64,000 nucleotides of DNA from the NCBI GenBank assembly GCA_037129695.1, contig JBAXUL010000001.1, positions 4,057 through 68,056 of the forward strand, given 5' to 3'. The notes beneath the pieces are model-generated. The model was not told the origin of the DNA. It ran no database searches and was given only the letters and a program-made list of their open reading frames with translations. Positions 1 through 10,148 of the stretch are shown piece by piece; position 1 is the stretch's first letter; each line of letters begins with the position of its first letter. Both the position numbers and the translations under genes were made by a program. Source of the stretch: Prolixibacteraceae bacterium. GTDB lineage: Bacteria; Bacteroidota; Bacteroidia; Bacteroidales; Prolixibacteraceae.

Positions 1-133
1 AAGGCAAAAGGCAAAAGGCAAAAGTGAAGATTGGTAGGAGGAAGTTTGAAATAAATGCAAAACTCAATCTCTTAATCTACGTATTATTTTAAAGTTGCGT
101 ATTTTAGCCTTTTCACTTTGGCCTTTTGCCTTG
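1..133. repeat. Tandem heptamer repeat (GGCAAAA x3, then GTGAAGA) at 3-30. An imperfect inverted partner (GCCTTTTCACTTTGGCCTTTTGCCTT) lies at 107-132, and the two flank an AT-rich spacer of about 75 nt. Truncated by the window edge.
   Basis: Direct reading. Positions 1-12 pair perfectly with 121-132, and 22-28 pair with 112-118. The left arm carries one extra heptamer. Confidence 0.7.
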
Positions 134-154
134 TAAAATGGTACATTTTAAGAC

Positions 155-2182
155 ATGGATTTCAAGATAACCGCTGATTTTATTCCTACCGGAGACCAGC
201 CTCAGGCTATAGTGCAGCTGAGTGAGGGGATCATGTCGGGTTATCCGTACCAGACGCTTTTGGGTGTAACCGGTTCCGGTAAGACCTTCACGATGGCCAA
301 CGTCATCGAAAAAGTTCAGAAACCCACCCTGATTCTGAGTCACAACAAAACACTTGCTGCCCAGTTGTATGGAGAAATGAAGCAGTTTTTTCCTGAAAAC
401 GCGGTTCAGTATTTTGTTTCCTATTACGATTATTATCAGCCTGAAGCCTATTTGCCAACCACAGATACCTTTATTGAAAAGGATCTGGCCATCAACAAGG
501 AGATTGAAAAATTAAGATTGGCAGCTACCTCCTCCCTTTTATCCGGAAGAAGGGACATTGTGGTCGTCTCTTCGGTATCCTGTATATATGGAATTGGTAA
601 TCCAGAGGATTTTCATGCCAACGTAACCCACATTAAAGTGGGGGAGAAGCTGGGAAGAAATGTGATGTTGAGAAAATTGGTTGACGCCATGTATTCCCGT
701 ACCGATGTCGATTTTCAAAGGGGAAATTTCAGGGTGAAAGGTGATACAGTCGATATATTTCCCGCCTACGCGGATGATGCCGTAAGGATTCAGTTTTTTG
801 GGGAGGAGATCGAAGAGATATCCACTTTCAATCCGGAAAACGGGGCGTTTTTGAATCAGCATGATCATTATGCCATCTATCCGGCCAATATTTTTGTGAC
901 CACCAAAGACAGGACCAAAGCGGCGATCCGGCAGATTCAGGATGATCTGGTCAGACAAATTGATTTTTTCAAAAGTGTCGGGAAGCATGCCGAGGCCAAA
1001 AGAATAGAAGATCGTGTTAATTATGACCTGGAGATGATCCGTGAATTGGGATACTGTCCTGGCATCGAGAATTATTCACGCTATTTTGACGGAAGAGTTC
1101 CGGGTTCCAGGCCATTCTGCCTGCTTGATTTTTTTCCTGACGATTTTCTGATGATAATTGACGAAAGCCATGTCACCATGCCTCAAATCCGTGCCATGTA
1201 TGGAGGCGACCGTTCCCGGAAAACCACACTGGTTGACTATGGTTTTCGCCTGCCGGCGGCCATTGACAACCGTCCCCTGAAATTTGACGAGTTTGAGGCG
1301 ATTGCCCGGCAGTTGATCTTTGTCAGTGCCACACCTGCGGATTACGAGTTGCAGAAAAGTGAGGGTGTAATTGTGGAGCAGATTATTCGCCCTACCGGAC
1401 TGCTGGATCCGATCATTGAAGTACGGCCGGCCCACAACCAGATAGACGATCTGATCCATGAGATTCATCTCCGTATCACCAAAAATGAGCGGATACTGGT
1501 GACCACCCTGACCAAAAGAATGGCTGAGGAGTTGTCCAAATATTTCGACCGCATCAACATCAAATGCAGGTACATCCACTCCGATGTAGATACCATGGAA
1601 AGGGTGGAGATCATGGAAGAGTTGAGAAAAGGCAGTTTTGATGTCCTGGTTGGTATCAACCTCCTTCGGGAAGGGCTGGATTTGCCGGAGGTTTCACTGG
1701 TGGCCATTCTGGATGCCGACAAGGAGGGATTTCTCCGTTCAGAACGATCACTGACGCAGACTGCCGGTCGTGCCGCGCGTAACCTGAACGGACGGGTGAT
1801 CATGTATGCGGACAAAATCACCGATTCCATGCAAAGAACCATTGATTCCTCCAATTACCGGAGGGAAAAACAGCATGCCTATAACCTGGCCAACGACATT
1901 ACACCTACTCAGATTGTTAAACCAACGCGTGAAATCATAGGTATGGAATACAGGCTGACCAAAGGATTGGGAGGAAAGCCATATATTCCGCCTGAGACTG
2001 TCGATTATGCAGCAGATCCGGTATTGGCCTACCTGACACCGGATGCCCTGGAGAAAGCCATGCTGAAGATCAAGAAAGAAATGGAGAAAGCGGCCAAAGA
2101 GCTTGATTTTATTGAAGCGGCCCGATTAAGAGATGAAATGTTCGCCTTACAGAAACTTTTAAAAGAACGGAAAAATGGATAA
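155..2182 (+). CDS. uvrB: excinuclease ABC subunit B
   Basis: 675-aa ORF with ATG start. Walker A GVTGSGKTFT, IIDESHV box, helicase C-terminal motifs, and a C-terminal UVR motif (FIEAARLRDEM). Confidence 0.97.
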   Translation: MDFKITADFIPTGDQPQAIVQLSEGIMSGYPYQTLLGVTGSGKTFTMANVIEKVQKPTLILSHNKTLAAQLYGEMKQFFPENAVQYFVSYYDYYQPEAYLPTTDTFIEKDLAINKEIEKLRLAATSSLLSGRRDIVVVSSVSCIYGIGNPEDFHANVTHIKVGEKLGRNVMLRKLVDAMYSRTDVDFQRGNFRVKGDTVDIFPAYADDAVRIQFFGEEIEEISTFNPENGAFLNQHDHYAIYPANIFVTTKDRTKAAIRQIQDDLVRQIDFFKSVGKHAEAKRIEDRVNYDLEMIRELGYCPGIENYSRYFDGRVPGSRPFCLLDFFPDDFLMIIDESHVTMPQIRAMYGGDRSRKTTLVDYGFRLPAAIDNRPLKFDEFEAIARQLIFVSATPADYELQKSEGVIVEQIIRPTGLLDPIIEVRPAHNQIDDLIHEIHLRITKNERILVTTLTKRMAEELSKYFDRINIKCRYIHSDVDTMERVEIMEELRKGSFDVLVGINLLREGLDLPEVSLVAILDADKEGFLRSERSLTQTAGRAARNLNGRVIMYADKITDSMQRTIDSSNYRREKQHAYNLANDITPTQIVKPTREIIGMEYRLTKGLGGKPYIPPETVDYAADPVLAYLTPDALEKAMLKIKKEMEKAAKELDFIEAARLRDEMFALQKLLKERKNG

Positions 2183-2669
2183 ACAAATCGCAGAAGTCTT
2201 GTCCGAAATGATCAGCCGAAACAGGGGTGACAAGAAAAGAATAGAGCATTCGCTGAAAGTGTACGGTTATGCCCAATTGCTTGGAAATCTGACTGGATTA
2301 ACCAAGGAAAAACGATTCGTTTTGGAACTGACTGCCATTTTGCACGACATCGGAATTCACGTTTCAGAATCCAAATTTGGTATTTCTGACGGGAACAAAC
2401 AGGAGGTCGAAGGTCCGCCTGTTGCGCGTGAGATCATGGAAAATATTGCCGTCAATCCAAAAATTGTTGACAGGGTTTGTTACATTATCAGTAAACACCA
2501 TACTTTTTCTGCCATTGACGGGATTGATTTTCAATTATTGATAGAAGCTGATTTTTTGGTCAATGCAGTGGAGGAGGGGATAGATCCGGAAGGAATAGCC
2601 AATTTCGTCACGCAAAATTTTAAGACTGAAAGCGGAAAAAAACTGATTGGCGAGTTGTTCGCGCAGTAG
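2175..2669 (+). CDS. HD-domain phosphohydrolase
   Basis: 164-aa ORF overlapping the uvrB stop by 8 nt. His...HD signature (HSLKVYGYAQ ... ILHDIGI) and a later KHH. Confidence 0.8.
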   Translation: MDKQIAEVLSEMISRNRGDKKRIEHSLKVYGYAQLLGNLTGLTKEKRFVLELTAILHDIGIHVSESKFGISDGNKQEVEGPPVAREIMENIAVNPKIVDRVCYIISKHHTFSAIDGIDFQLLIEADFLVNAVEEGIDPEGIANFVTQNFKTESGKKLIGELFAQ

Positions 2670-2857
2670 CTTAAGTCTGGTAATCAGGCACGTTTGAGTT
2701 GGTGCTTTAAGCACTACGGCCCGTGAGTGTTGGAGGGTTTTGATTGATGCAGATATTAGAATCTTCTACCCGATGTATTTCTTACGCCGGATATTTTTCG
2801 TTTTGTATCAAATGTTTATCCTCCTATCTTCAAGGTATTCAAAAGAATAAGGGGATA

Positions 2858-3208
2858 TTACTTTTTTGCTTTCTTTTTCCTTGATGATTTCGCCTTGCTG
2901 TTAAAATCCAGGGCAAGGCCGATCCAATAGTCCAGATCCTGGATATTTCTCAATCCTGTTTCATCAATCATCACCCAACCCTTCATCTGTTGTTTGGTGA
3001 AGTCCATGGTACGGCACCCCGTTTTTTCTATGACCTCTGCGTGTAAGGCAGGGGCCATCCGGCACATCATCTCATCTTTGATGACTCCTACGCACATTTT
3101 GTCGTTCACCATAAATGCCAGGCCACCCATCATCTCCTTTTCCTCAATGACAGGTAGATTGGCAAGTCTCTCCCTTATTCTGTCTGCCAGTTTGCTGTTA
3201 TAAGCCAT
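2858..3208 (-). CDS. TfoX/Sxy N-terminal-domain family protein
   Basis: MAYNSKLADRIRERL...MMGGLAFMVNDKMCVGV... is typical of the TfoX_N fold. I chose the ATG at 3208 because the longer ORF (to 3268) would overlap the upstream gene's 3' end. Confidence 0.72.
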   Translation of the reverse strand: MAYNSKLADRIRERLANLPVIEEKEMMGGLAFMVNDKMCVGVIKDEMMCRMAPALHAEVIEKTGCRTMDFTKQQMKGWVMIDETGLRNIQDLDYWIGLALDFNSKAKSSRKKKAKK

Positions 3209-3225
3209 TTTTATCGATTTAATTG

Positions 3226-6200
3226 TCAGTGCCAGACTCTCGCCTTGTCGTATCCTTTTTCTTTGCAATATTGGTGCGCCTGGTGCATGAAAGCCTGCAA
3301 TCTGGTATCAATGTTGATGGTATCCTGTCCGTCGTAGGCAATGTTCTCCCAGGGGATATTGTCATGGTCCTTCCGAAACAGATGGGAAACGGATGTGATC
3401 AGGGTTCCGGGCATGCAGGTGAAAGGAAGAATATTGGCGATTCCTGAAATGTTGGTTTTGGTCAGATTGACGGCGGCTCCCATGGCAAGCGGCGGATCAC
3501 CGTCGTAATGCTTATGGACATAGGTGCCGCAGGCCTCCAGCATCTCATGGAGGTGCAGGTCACGGTCCAATTCTGCAACACCTGCGACCCTATTATTCAG
3601 CATGCGCTGTGAAATATGCTGAGACAATTCTTGCAGTTTGGATTTGAAGAGACCCTTGAAATCAGATTTCCAGATACTGTCGCGCCAGTAGCGGTAGGTG
3701 GAATAGCTGATCCATTCTGCCATTGGCGCCATAAATGTTTCTGCACCAAGATCTTCAAGCCTTTGGACAACATAGCCATTGCAAAAGGGGTTGTCGCGCA
3801 TGAAGACTTCGCCGATCACCGGGATTACCGGTTTGCGGTAACCGTTCACAATGGGAATATTTTTGAATGCCAAAGCTGATCTGCTGAGTACCGCATTCAA
3901 ATTGTTGGCTCCAGTTTCCAATGACCGGATCACTTCGTCCAGATATTGATGGTAAATCTGATCCGTCATTCCTTTTATCGCCTCATAAGGTCTGCGTTCC
4001 TGCTGCATTTTTCTGAGGAGGTCGACTGCAATCATGCCCTTCCATGCCGTGAACCTGAATTTGGTAGATTTTCCTGCTGCCATCGTTTCATAAGAATCAT
4101 CGTTGCCGGGAGAGATGATTTCGGCATCCTGAAATCCCAGCCTGTCAAATATTTTTCGCTGCAACTGGTTGTATTGTCCAAACCGGCAGGGTCCATTGTG
4201 ATCAGGCATAAAGAATGCCACTTTTTTTGGGTCGATGCCCGGCTCCATCAGTTTTTGGAGAAAACTGCCGGTTGTGCACGTAAGCGGGAAACATTCCTGC
4301 GAGGAGGTATATTTCCTGGCCAGCTCAAGGGCATTGTCATCCGTCATTGGCAAAACCTCAGACTGGATGCCGCAACTCCGTACGGCTGCCGAAACTGCAT
4401 AGGCGGCATCGCGCATGTAAGGAAAGTATATGGTTCTGTCGTCGTTGAAGTGCCGGATCATCTGGAAGGAGGCCGGCTGTTTGGTGGCTGAATGAAGTTT
4501 TCGATACCCATCCAGACTATCCAAAAATGCTTCGCAGCGCGTCAGTAATCCGGCATCGGCACTGTGCTCGTCTACCTCGAGCAGCAAATAAGGTTTGCTT
4601 TTCAATTCGTCGCGGACAAAGTGATGCAGAAATGAATCGGGACCACATCTGAAATTGCTCAGATACACGGCATATAAATTTTCAGTCTGGTTAACAATTT
4701 TGGAAGCAGCCAGTATTTTTTGTCCGTTGGGCCAGTACATTCTGGGATAGTCCTTAAATACATCGATGGTATGAAGCGGTAAATAATCAAGTGGTATCGG
4801 CAGAATATCCATGTTGATCAGTTTTTCTACCAGATTCAGATTCAGCATCGTATCCGCCGAATTGTAGGGTCTGCCTATGATGACCATCGCTTTTTTGTCT
4901 TTTGGCAAATTGGCCATCACTTCTGCACCCCTTTGTGCCACGGTGCGTTCAAATGAAATTTGTGCTTCATCTGCTTTTTTGAATGCTTTTTGTACACTGG
5001 AAGATGGTGTTCCGAATTTTTCTTTCATGAAGCCGGCCAATTCCTTCCTAATCACTTTCTCCGAAAACCGGAAATGGAGGGTCGGTACCAAAAGCTTTTC
5101 AGTGAGCGGATTGTTATGCATGGCTCCTTTAACCATGAACGGATAGGATTGGATCCAGGGACAATTACAGTTGCTTGTCGGATTGGTTGTAGCTGCTTTG
5201 GCATTGACAATGAAGGGGGTGAACACAAAATCCACCTTTTTTTCCAGGAGGTTGTTGATATGGCCGTGCATCACCTCTACCGGGAAGCATGTTTCAGTAA
5301 CAATTGATTCTATGGAATTGGTGACGATTCCAGAATCTGTAACATCAGAAACGACTATTCTGAATCCCAGTTCCTGAAAGAAAGTTCTCCAAAAAGGAAA
5401 CTGCTGGTAATAGAGCATCAATCCCCGGGGAATGCCTATGGTGATTTGATTTCTCTGTGGTTCTTCCACATAATCTCCAACAAGGAATTTCAGCCTTTCC
5501 TCAAATAAATTGGGGATATCCTTGCCTTTTCCCTTCCGATCGGCAACTTCCCACCTGTCGCATCGTCCTCCGAAATAAAGAGGTTTCGCCTCGCCCTCAA
5601 TTTTCACCATCTGCACTTCACAATCATTGGAACAATGTTTGCAGGTGAATTTTCTGAGTGAATAGGGTAGTTTGGAGACTCCAAATCCTTTGAACCGGGA
5701 TTGTGCATCCGGTTTCATGAGGTTACGCGAAAGAATGGCAGCACCAATCGCCCCGGTAACGTCGTAATGTGGCGGAATGATGATCTTCTTGCCTGTCACT
5801 TCTTCGAAGGCTGCAACCACGGATTTGTTGTTGGTTACACCTCCCTGAAAAAATATTTTGTTCCCGACAGGTTTTGTGCCAACGACTTTGCGGATATAAT
5901 TGTGGACAATTGAATAGGCAAGACCTCCTACAAGATTTTCCCTGGCTTCACCTTTTTGCTGATGAGAATTCAGGTCTGATTCCATAAATACAGTGCATCT
6001 GTCGCCCAGTTTGCAGGGCTGATGCGAACTTAATGCCAGGTTTCCAAATTCATTGACAATGTTGATGTCTAATTTTTCAGCCTGTTCCTCCAAAAATGAT
6101 CCGGTCCCTGCTGCGCAGACCTTGTTCATTTCAAAATCAACCACCACACCATTTTCAATCCGGATGTACTTCGAATCTTGTCCTCCAATTTCAAAAATAG

Positions 6201-7488
6201 TGTCGACTGTAGGGTCATAGGCGATGGCAGCTGTTGCCTGTGCGGTGATCTCATTCTGGATGGTGTCTGCCCCGATAAAGTCTCCGGTAAGATAGCGTCC
6301 TGATCCGGTTGTTCCCGCTGATTTCACTTCGACACGCATTCCGACTTCATCATCAATCTCTTTCAGGCCGCGTCTGATCGCATCTATTGGTTTACTGGCA
6401 GTTGGCAGGTATCGCCTGGCTATGACATTGTTTTTTTCGTCAATCAATACCACATTTGTACTGAGTGATCCAACATCAATGCCTAGATACACCGGGTATT
6501 TTTCCTTTGTTCCTTCCGGTATTGGTGTGACATACCTGTTGTAGACAGCGTTGGATTCTTTTAACGGAGGAAGATATTTTTTGTCGGTTTTGTCGCCTGC
6601 CAGAAATTGATCAAGGGCATCGAGACCTATGAATTTCTTGCTCGTTGAAGGATGATCTATCGCAAGCATGACTGCGCCGATAGCCCCCATGGAGGCATGA
6701 TGTTCGGGTATGATCAGTTCGCCTTTCTCTAATTCGAGCACCTCCTCGAAGGCCCTGATCATGCCCACGTTGGCAGCAACTCCCCCCTGGAAAATTACAG
6801 GTTTATGGAATTTTTTTCCTCGGCCAAGTGTGCTTTTGAAATTGCGGGCTACTGCGAAACAGAGTCCGGCCACAATGTCATGCAAAGGAGTGGCAACCTG
6901 TTGGAGGTGAATCATGTCGCTTTTGGCAAATACGCTGCATCTGCCGGCTATGCGAGGGGGATTTTTAGATTTCAACGAAAGTTCGCCAAATTCATCGACG
7001 ATGGAAACGCCAATCCTTTTTGCCTGCTGATCCAGGAAGGAGCCCGTGCCGGCAGCACAAAGGGTGTTCAGCGCAAAATCAGAAAGCTGTGATTGGTTGG
7101 TTACCTCCTTGTGTTCCATGAAGATCAGTTTGGAATCTTCTCCACCCATCTCGATGATTGTTTTTACTTCAGGATACAATTTTGAGACTGAAGTCGACTG
7201 GCTGATGATCTCATTGATAAAACTGCCTCCAACCATTTCCGATGCCTGTTTGCCGCCGGTACCTGTAAATGCGATCAGACCTATGTTTTCAATTCCTATT
7301 TTGGTGGAGAGATCCGCTAAAATATTCCTGAGGACATTGAATGGTCTGCCATGACAGAAATCATACCTGCTGTCTGTAATTTGGCCGTTGCAGTCCAGTA
7401 TAACTGTATTGACAGATATTGAACCTATGTCAATTCCCAGGTTAAAATTACTGCATACAGATTCCGTTGTGAGAGATGTAGGTTGCAT
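3226..7488 (-). CDS. Fused acyl-CoA dehydratase activase-type protein: two BcrAD/BadFG/HgdC ATPase modules plus a dehydratase-component-like C-terminal region
   Basis: 1420 aa. Two actin-fold ATPase modules (GIDIGSISVNTV..., GIDVGSLSTNVV...), each with the CAAGTGSFL and RC(S/T)VF cysteines. A CKHCSNDC...GGRC cysteine motif follows, then about 800 aa resembling the uncharacterised CoA-activase/HgdB-like domains. Confidence 0.85.
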   Translation of the reverse strand: MQPTSLTTESVCSNFNLGIDIGSISVNTVILDCNGQITDSRYDFCHGRPFNVLRNILADLSTKIGIENIGLIAFTGTGGKQASEMVGGSFINEIISQSTSVSKLYPEVKTIIEMGGEDSKLIFMEHKEVTNQSQLSDFALNTLCAAGTGSFLDQQAKRIGVSIVDEFGELSLKSKNPPRIAGRCSVFAKSDMIHLQQVATPLHDIVAGLCFAVARNFKSTLGRGKKFHKPVIFQGGVAANVGMIRAFEEVLELEKGELIIPEHHASMGAIGAVMLAIDHPSTSKKFIGLDALDQFLAGDKTDKKYLPPLKESNAVYNRYVTPIPEGTKEKYPVYLGIDVGSLSTNVVLIDEKNNVIARRYLPTASKPIDAIRRGLKEIDDEVGMRVEVKSAGTTGSGRYLTGDFIGADTIQNEITAQATAAIAYDPTVDTIFEIGGQDSKYIRIENGVVVDFEMNKVCAAGTGSFLEEQAEKLDINIVNEFGNLALSSHQPCKLGDRCTVFMESDLNSHQQKGEARENLVGGLAYSIVHNYIRKVVGTKPVGNKIFFQGGVTNNKSVVAAFEEVTGKKIIIPPHYDVTGAIGAAILSRNLMKPDAQSRFKGFGVSKLPYSLRKFTCKHCSNDCEVQMVKIEGEAKPLYFGGRCDRWEVADRKGKGKDIPNLFEERLKFLVGDYVEEPQRNQITIGIPRGLMLYYQQFPFWRTFFQELGFRIVVSDVTDSGIVTNSIESIVTETCFPVEVMHGHINNLLEKKVDFVFTPFIVNAKAATTNPTSNCNCPWIQSYPFMVKGAMHNNPLTEKLLVPTLHFRFSEKVIRKELAGFMKEKFGTPSSSVQKAFKKADEAQISFERTVAQRGAEVMANLPKDKKAMVIIGRPYNSADTMLNLNLVEKLINMDILPIPLDYLPLHTIDVFKDYPRMYWPNGQKILAASKIVNQTENLYAVYLSNFRCGPDSFLHHFVRDELKSKPYLLLEVDEHSADAGLLTRCEAFLDSLDGYRKLHSATKQPASFQMIRHFNDDRTIYFPYMRDAAYAVSAAVRSCGIQSEVLPMTDDNALELARKYTSSQECFPLTCTTGSFLQKLMEPGIDPKKVAFFMPDHNGPCRFGQYNQLQRKIFDRLGFQDAEIISPGNDDSYETMAAGKSTKFRFTAWKGMIAVDLLRKMQQERRPYEAIKGMTDQIYHQYLDEVIRSLETGANNLNAVLSRSALAFKNIPIVNGYRKPVIPVIGEVFMRDNPFCNGYVVQRLEDLGAETFMAPMAEWISYSTYRYWRDSIWKSDFKGLFKSKLQELSQHISQRMLNNRVAGVAELDRDLHLHEMLEACGTYVHKHYDGDPPLAMGAAVNLTKTNISGIANILPFTCMPGTLITSVSHLFRKDHDNIPWENIAYDGQDTINIDTRLQAFMHQAHQYCKEKGYDKARVWH

Positions 7489-7535
7489 AAGTCACAGAGG
7501 TTAAGGTTTGTGCTTCTAATCTACTGAATTTTTTT

Positions 7536-7543
7536 CAAAAATA
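7536..7543 (-). promoter_or_regulatory. Candidate Bacteroidota -7 box (TATTTTTG on the minus strand) for the activase gene
   Basis: Exact TAnnTTTG match about 48 nt upstream of the ATG at 7488. Confidence 0.3.
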
Positions 7544-7698
7544 TTTCTTTATTACATCTAATTTTTCACATAAGTTTAAAATTTATAATCATTACAAATA
7601 TGGTTTTTCAACAGAAGCGTTAATCACCTTGTAAGGTGAAAACATTTTGTGAATTGATTATCTGAAATTAATTGGGATGAACCCTGGTGACAACGCAT

Positions 7699-7737
7699 AA
7701 AAAAGCCCTGATCCTACAAGAATCAGGGCTTTTTTTA
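7699..7737 (-). terminator. Rho-independent terminator downstream of rpoD (bidirectional shape)
   Basis: AGCCCTGAT / ATCAGGGCT 9-bp stem (7704-7712 / 7722-7730) flanked by an A5 run and a T7 run. Begins 15 nt after the rpoD stop. Confidence 0.8.
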
Positions 7738-7751
7738 TGTGTAGGAATTAT

Positions 7752-8612
7752 TTATCCAAGATAAGTTTTCAGCAGTTTACTGCGGGAGGTGTGTCTCAAA
7801 CGACGGATTGCCTTTTCCTTGATCTGACGAACCCTTTCACGGGTCAACCCAAAGTGTTCTCCGATTTCTTCGAGGGTCATTTCGGTACTGGCAATGCCAA
7901 AGAACATGCGGATAATATCTGCTTCTCTCTCTGTCAGCGTAGCCAATGAACGTTCGATTTCACGGGATAGTGATTCATCAATTAAAGCACGGTCGGCATT
8001 GGGCGAATCGTTGTTGATCAAAACATCCAGCAGACTGTTGTCCTCACCATCCACGAAAGGTGCATCAACCGATACATGTCGGCCTGAAACACGCAGCGTG
8101 TCAGCTACTTTTTCTGCAGGAAGTTCAAGCTGATCTGCAAGTTCTTCTGGTGAAGGCCTGCGTTCATGTTCCTGTTCAAACTTGGAATAGGCTTTGTTGA
8201 TTTTATTCAATGATCCAACCTGGTTCAATGGAAGACGAACGATACGGGATTGCTCAGCAAGGGCCTGCAAAATTGACTGGCGAATCCACCAAACAGCATA
8301 GGAGATGAATTTGAATCCTCTGGTTTCATCAAATTTCTCAGCAGCTTTGATTAGACCTAAATTACCTTCATTAATCAAGTCGGGCAAACTTAATCCTTGG
8401 TTTTGGTACTGTTTGGCAACAGAAACCACAAACCTGAGGTTGGCTCTTGTCAGCTTTTCGAGGGCTGCCTGGTCACCTTTCTTGATCCGTTGCGCTAACT
8501 CAACTTCTTCTTCAACTGATATAAGTTCTTCTTTTCCAATTTCCTGAAGATATTTGTCAAGTGATGCGCTTTCGCGGTTTGTTATTGACTTGGTAATTTT
8601 TAGTTGTCTCAT
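7752..8612 (-). CDS. rpoD: RNA polymerase primary sigma factor (Bacteroidota short sigma-70 / SigA)
   Basis: 286 aa. Regions 2-4 recognisable ([41 protein letters not shown]). Confidence 0.93.
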   Translation of the reverse strand: MRQLKITKSITNRESASLDKYLQEIGKEELISVEEEVELAQRIKKGDQAALEKLTRANLRFVVSVAKQYQNQGLSLPDLINEGNLGLIKAAEKFDETRGFKFISYAVWWIRQSILQALAEQSRIVRLPLNQVGSLNKINKAYSKFEQEHERRPSPEELADQLELPAEKVADTLRVSGRHVSVDAPFVDGEDNSLLDVLINNDSPNADRALIDESLSREIERSLATLTEREADIIRMFFGIASTEMTLEEIGEHFGLTRERVRQIKEKAIRRLRHTSRSKLLKTYLG

Positions 8613-8632
8613 GCTCTGCGATTAAAAGTCTG

Positions 8633-8640
8633 CAAAGATA
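8633..8640 (-). promoter_or_regulatory. Candidate -7 box (TATCTTTG on the minus strand) for rpoD
   Basis: TAnnTTTG match about 21 nt upstream of the ATG at 8612. Confidence 0.35.
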
Positions 8641-8690
8641 CTAATAAAGTTGCTTTCAACAATGTTAAATCTTTGGTTACAATTGATGAA

Positions 8691-10148
8691 TTATTCGTTT
8701 AAATCAAATACATAATAGGCCCATTTCCCATCCGGATACACACCTTCAAACAGGGTCGGCTTTTTGCTGCTGCTTTGCGAGATAATGCGCTTGATATCCT
8801 CAACATTCCTGACCTCTATTTTGTTCACGTCGGTGATGATAAATCCAACACGTATACCCGCATTTTTAATTTTTCCACTGGTGATTTTTAGCACCTGTAC
8901 ACCGTTTTCGATATTCAGACGTTCTTTGTCCTTGGTGGAAATCTCTCCGAACTCTGCACCCAGAGAAGAGAAATTCTCTTTCACGATGGAAGTGGTGCCT
9001 TTCATGTTCCGAAGGGTTACATTGAAAGTTTTGTCTGAACCGTCTCTTCTGATGACAATGGAAACCTGATCGCCGGGACGGTGTTTTCCTACCTGTTCCT
9101 GAAGTTCACCACTGGAATTGACTTTTGTTCCATTCACCTCCACGATCACATCTCCTTTTTTGATTCCGGCAGATCTTGCAGCTCCTTCCTCGGTTGTTTC
9201 GTCAATATAGACTCCTTCAACTTTACTCAGCTTATTTTCTTTGGCGAGGTCTGCATCCACCGTCCTGATGGATACCCCTAGTAATGCCCGTTGGACTTCC
9301 CCGAATTTTCTGAGGTCTTCCACTACCTTGTGTACGATTGAAACAGGAATGGCAAAGGAATAGCCGGAATAGGAGCCGGTTCTCGATGCGATGGCGGTAT
9401 TGATCCCTACCAGCTCACCGCGAATATTTACCAATGCCCCTCCGCTGTTGCCTGGGTTGACTGCTGCATCAGTTTGAATGAACGATTCCATTGCCATTTT
9501 GTCGACCGAGATTCCGATGCTTCTGGATTTAGCGCTCACTATCCCTGCTGTGACGGTTGAAGTCAGGTTGAAAGGATTTCCTACGGCCAACACCCATTCG
9601 CCAAGTTTCAGGGCCTCAGAATCACCCCAGGGCAATACTGTCAGATTCCTGGCGTCAATTTTGACCAAAGCAATGTCAGTATTGGAATCATGACCGATGA
9701 CCTTGCCCGTAAATTTTCGGTTGTCATTGAGGATTACATCAATATTTTCGGCCCCGTCAACCACATGGTTATTGGTCACGATAAAGCCATCTTCACTGAT
9801 GATTACACCCGAACCAGCAGCCATGCTGTACTGTTGTTCCTGATTGTATCCTCCTTTGGGGCCGAAGAAAAATTCAAAAAGCTGGTTGTTACCACCGTAC
9901 ATGTTATTCCTTGTTTTGGTGGTAATATGCACAACAGCTGAAACACTCTTTTCAGCTGCGAAGGTTAGATCGGGCAACTGCCCTTGCGGCAATGCAGGAG
10001 GAGAGTAGCTGGATAACTGGACAGGCCTGCTTTCATCAACAATCCCGGTTTTTTCGTTTTTATTAAATTGTGAATACAAAGAGAGAGCCAATACCGCTCC
10101 AATAAATGCAAATGCTACATAGGATGCACTTTTTTTAATTGCGTTCAT
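8691..10148 (-). CDS. htrA: HtrA/DegP/DegQ-family periplasmic serine endoprotease with two PDZ domains
   Basis: 485 aa. N-terminal membrane anchor, catalytic triad context (TNNHVV, DIALVK, GNSGGALVN), and a PDZ-like C-terminal half. Confidence 0.9.
   Translation of the reverse strand: MNAIKKSASYVAFAFIGAVLALSLYSQFNKNEKTGIVDESRPVQLSSYSPPALPQGQLPDLTFAAEKSVSAVVHITTKTRNNMYGGNNQLFEFFFGPKGGYNQEQQYSMAAGSGVIISEDGFIVTNNHVVDGAENIDVILNDNRKFTGKVIGHDSNTDIALVKIDARNLTVLPWGDSEALKLGEWVLAVGNPFNLTSTVTAGIVSAKSRSIGISVDKMAMESFIQTDAAVNPGNSGGALVNIRGELVGINTAIASRTGSYSGYSFAIPVSIVHKVVEDLRKFGEVQRALLGVSIRTVDADLAKENKLSKVEGVYIDETTEEGAARSAGIKKGDVIVEVNGTKVNSSGELQEQVGKHRPGDQVSIVIRRDGSDKTFNVTLRNMKGTTSIVKENFSSLGAEFGEISTKDKERLNIENGVQVLKITSGKIKNAGIRVGFIITDVNKIEVRNVEDIKRIISQSSSKKPTLFEGVYPDGKWAYYVFDLNE

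Noticed and set aside
113-343. 76-aa minus-strand ORF overlapping the uvrB start
   Set aside because: It is antisense to a confidently identified gene. It has no recognisable motifs, and its 3' part merely reads through the heptamer repeat region.
3209-3268. Longer start for the TfoX-like ORF
   Set aside because: It would overlap the 3' end of the 1420-aa gene by 43 nt and add a basic, non-conserved-looking leader. The ATG at 3208 gives a typical family N-terminus.
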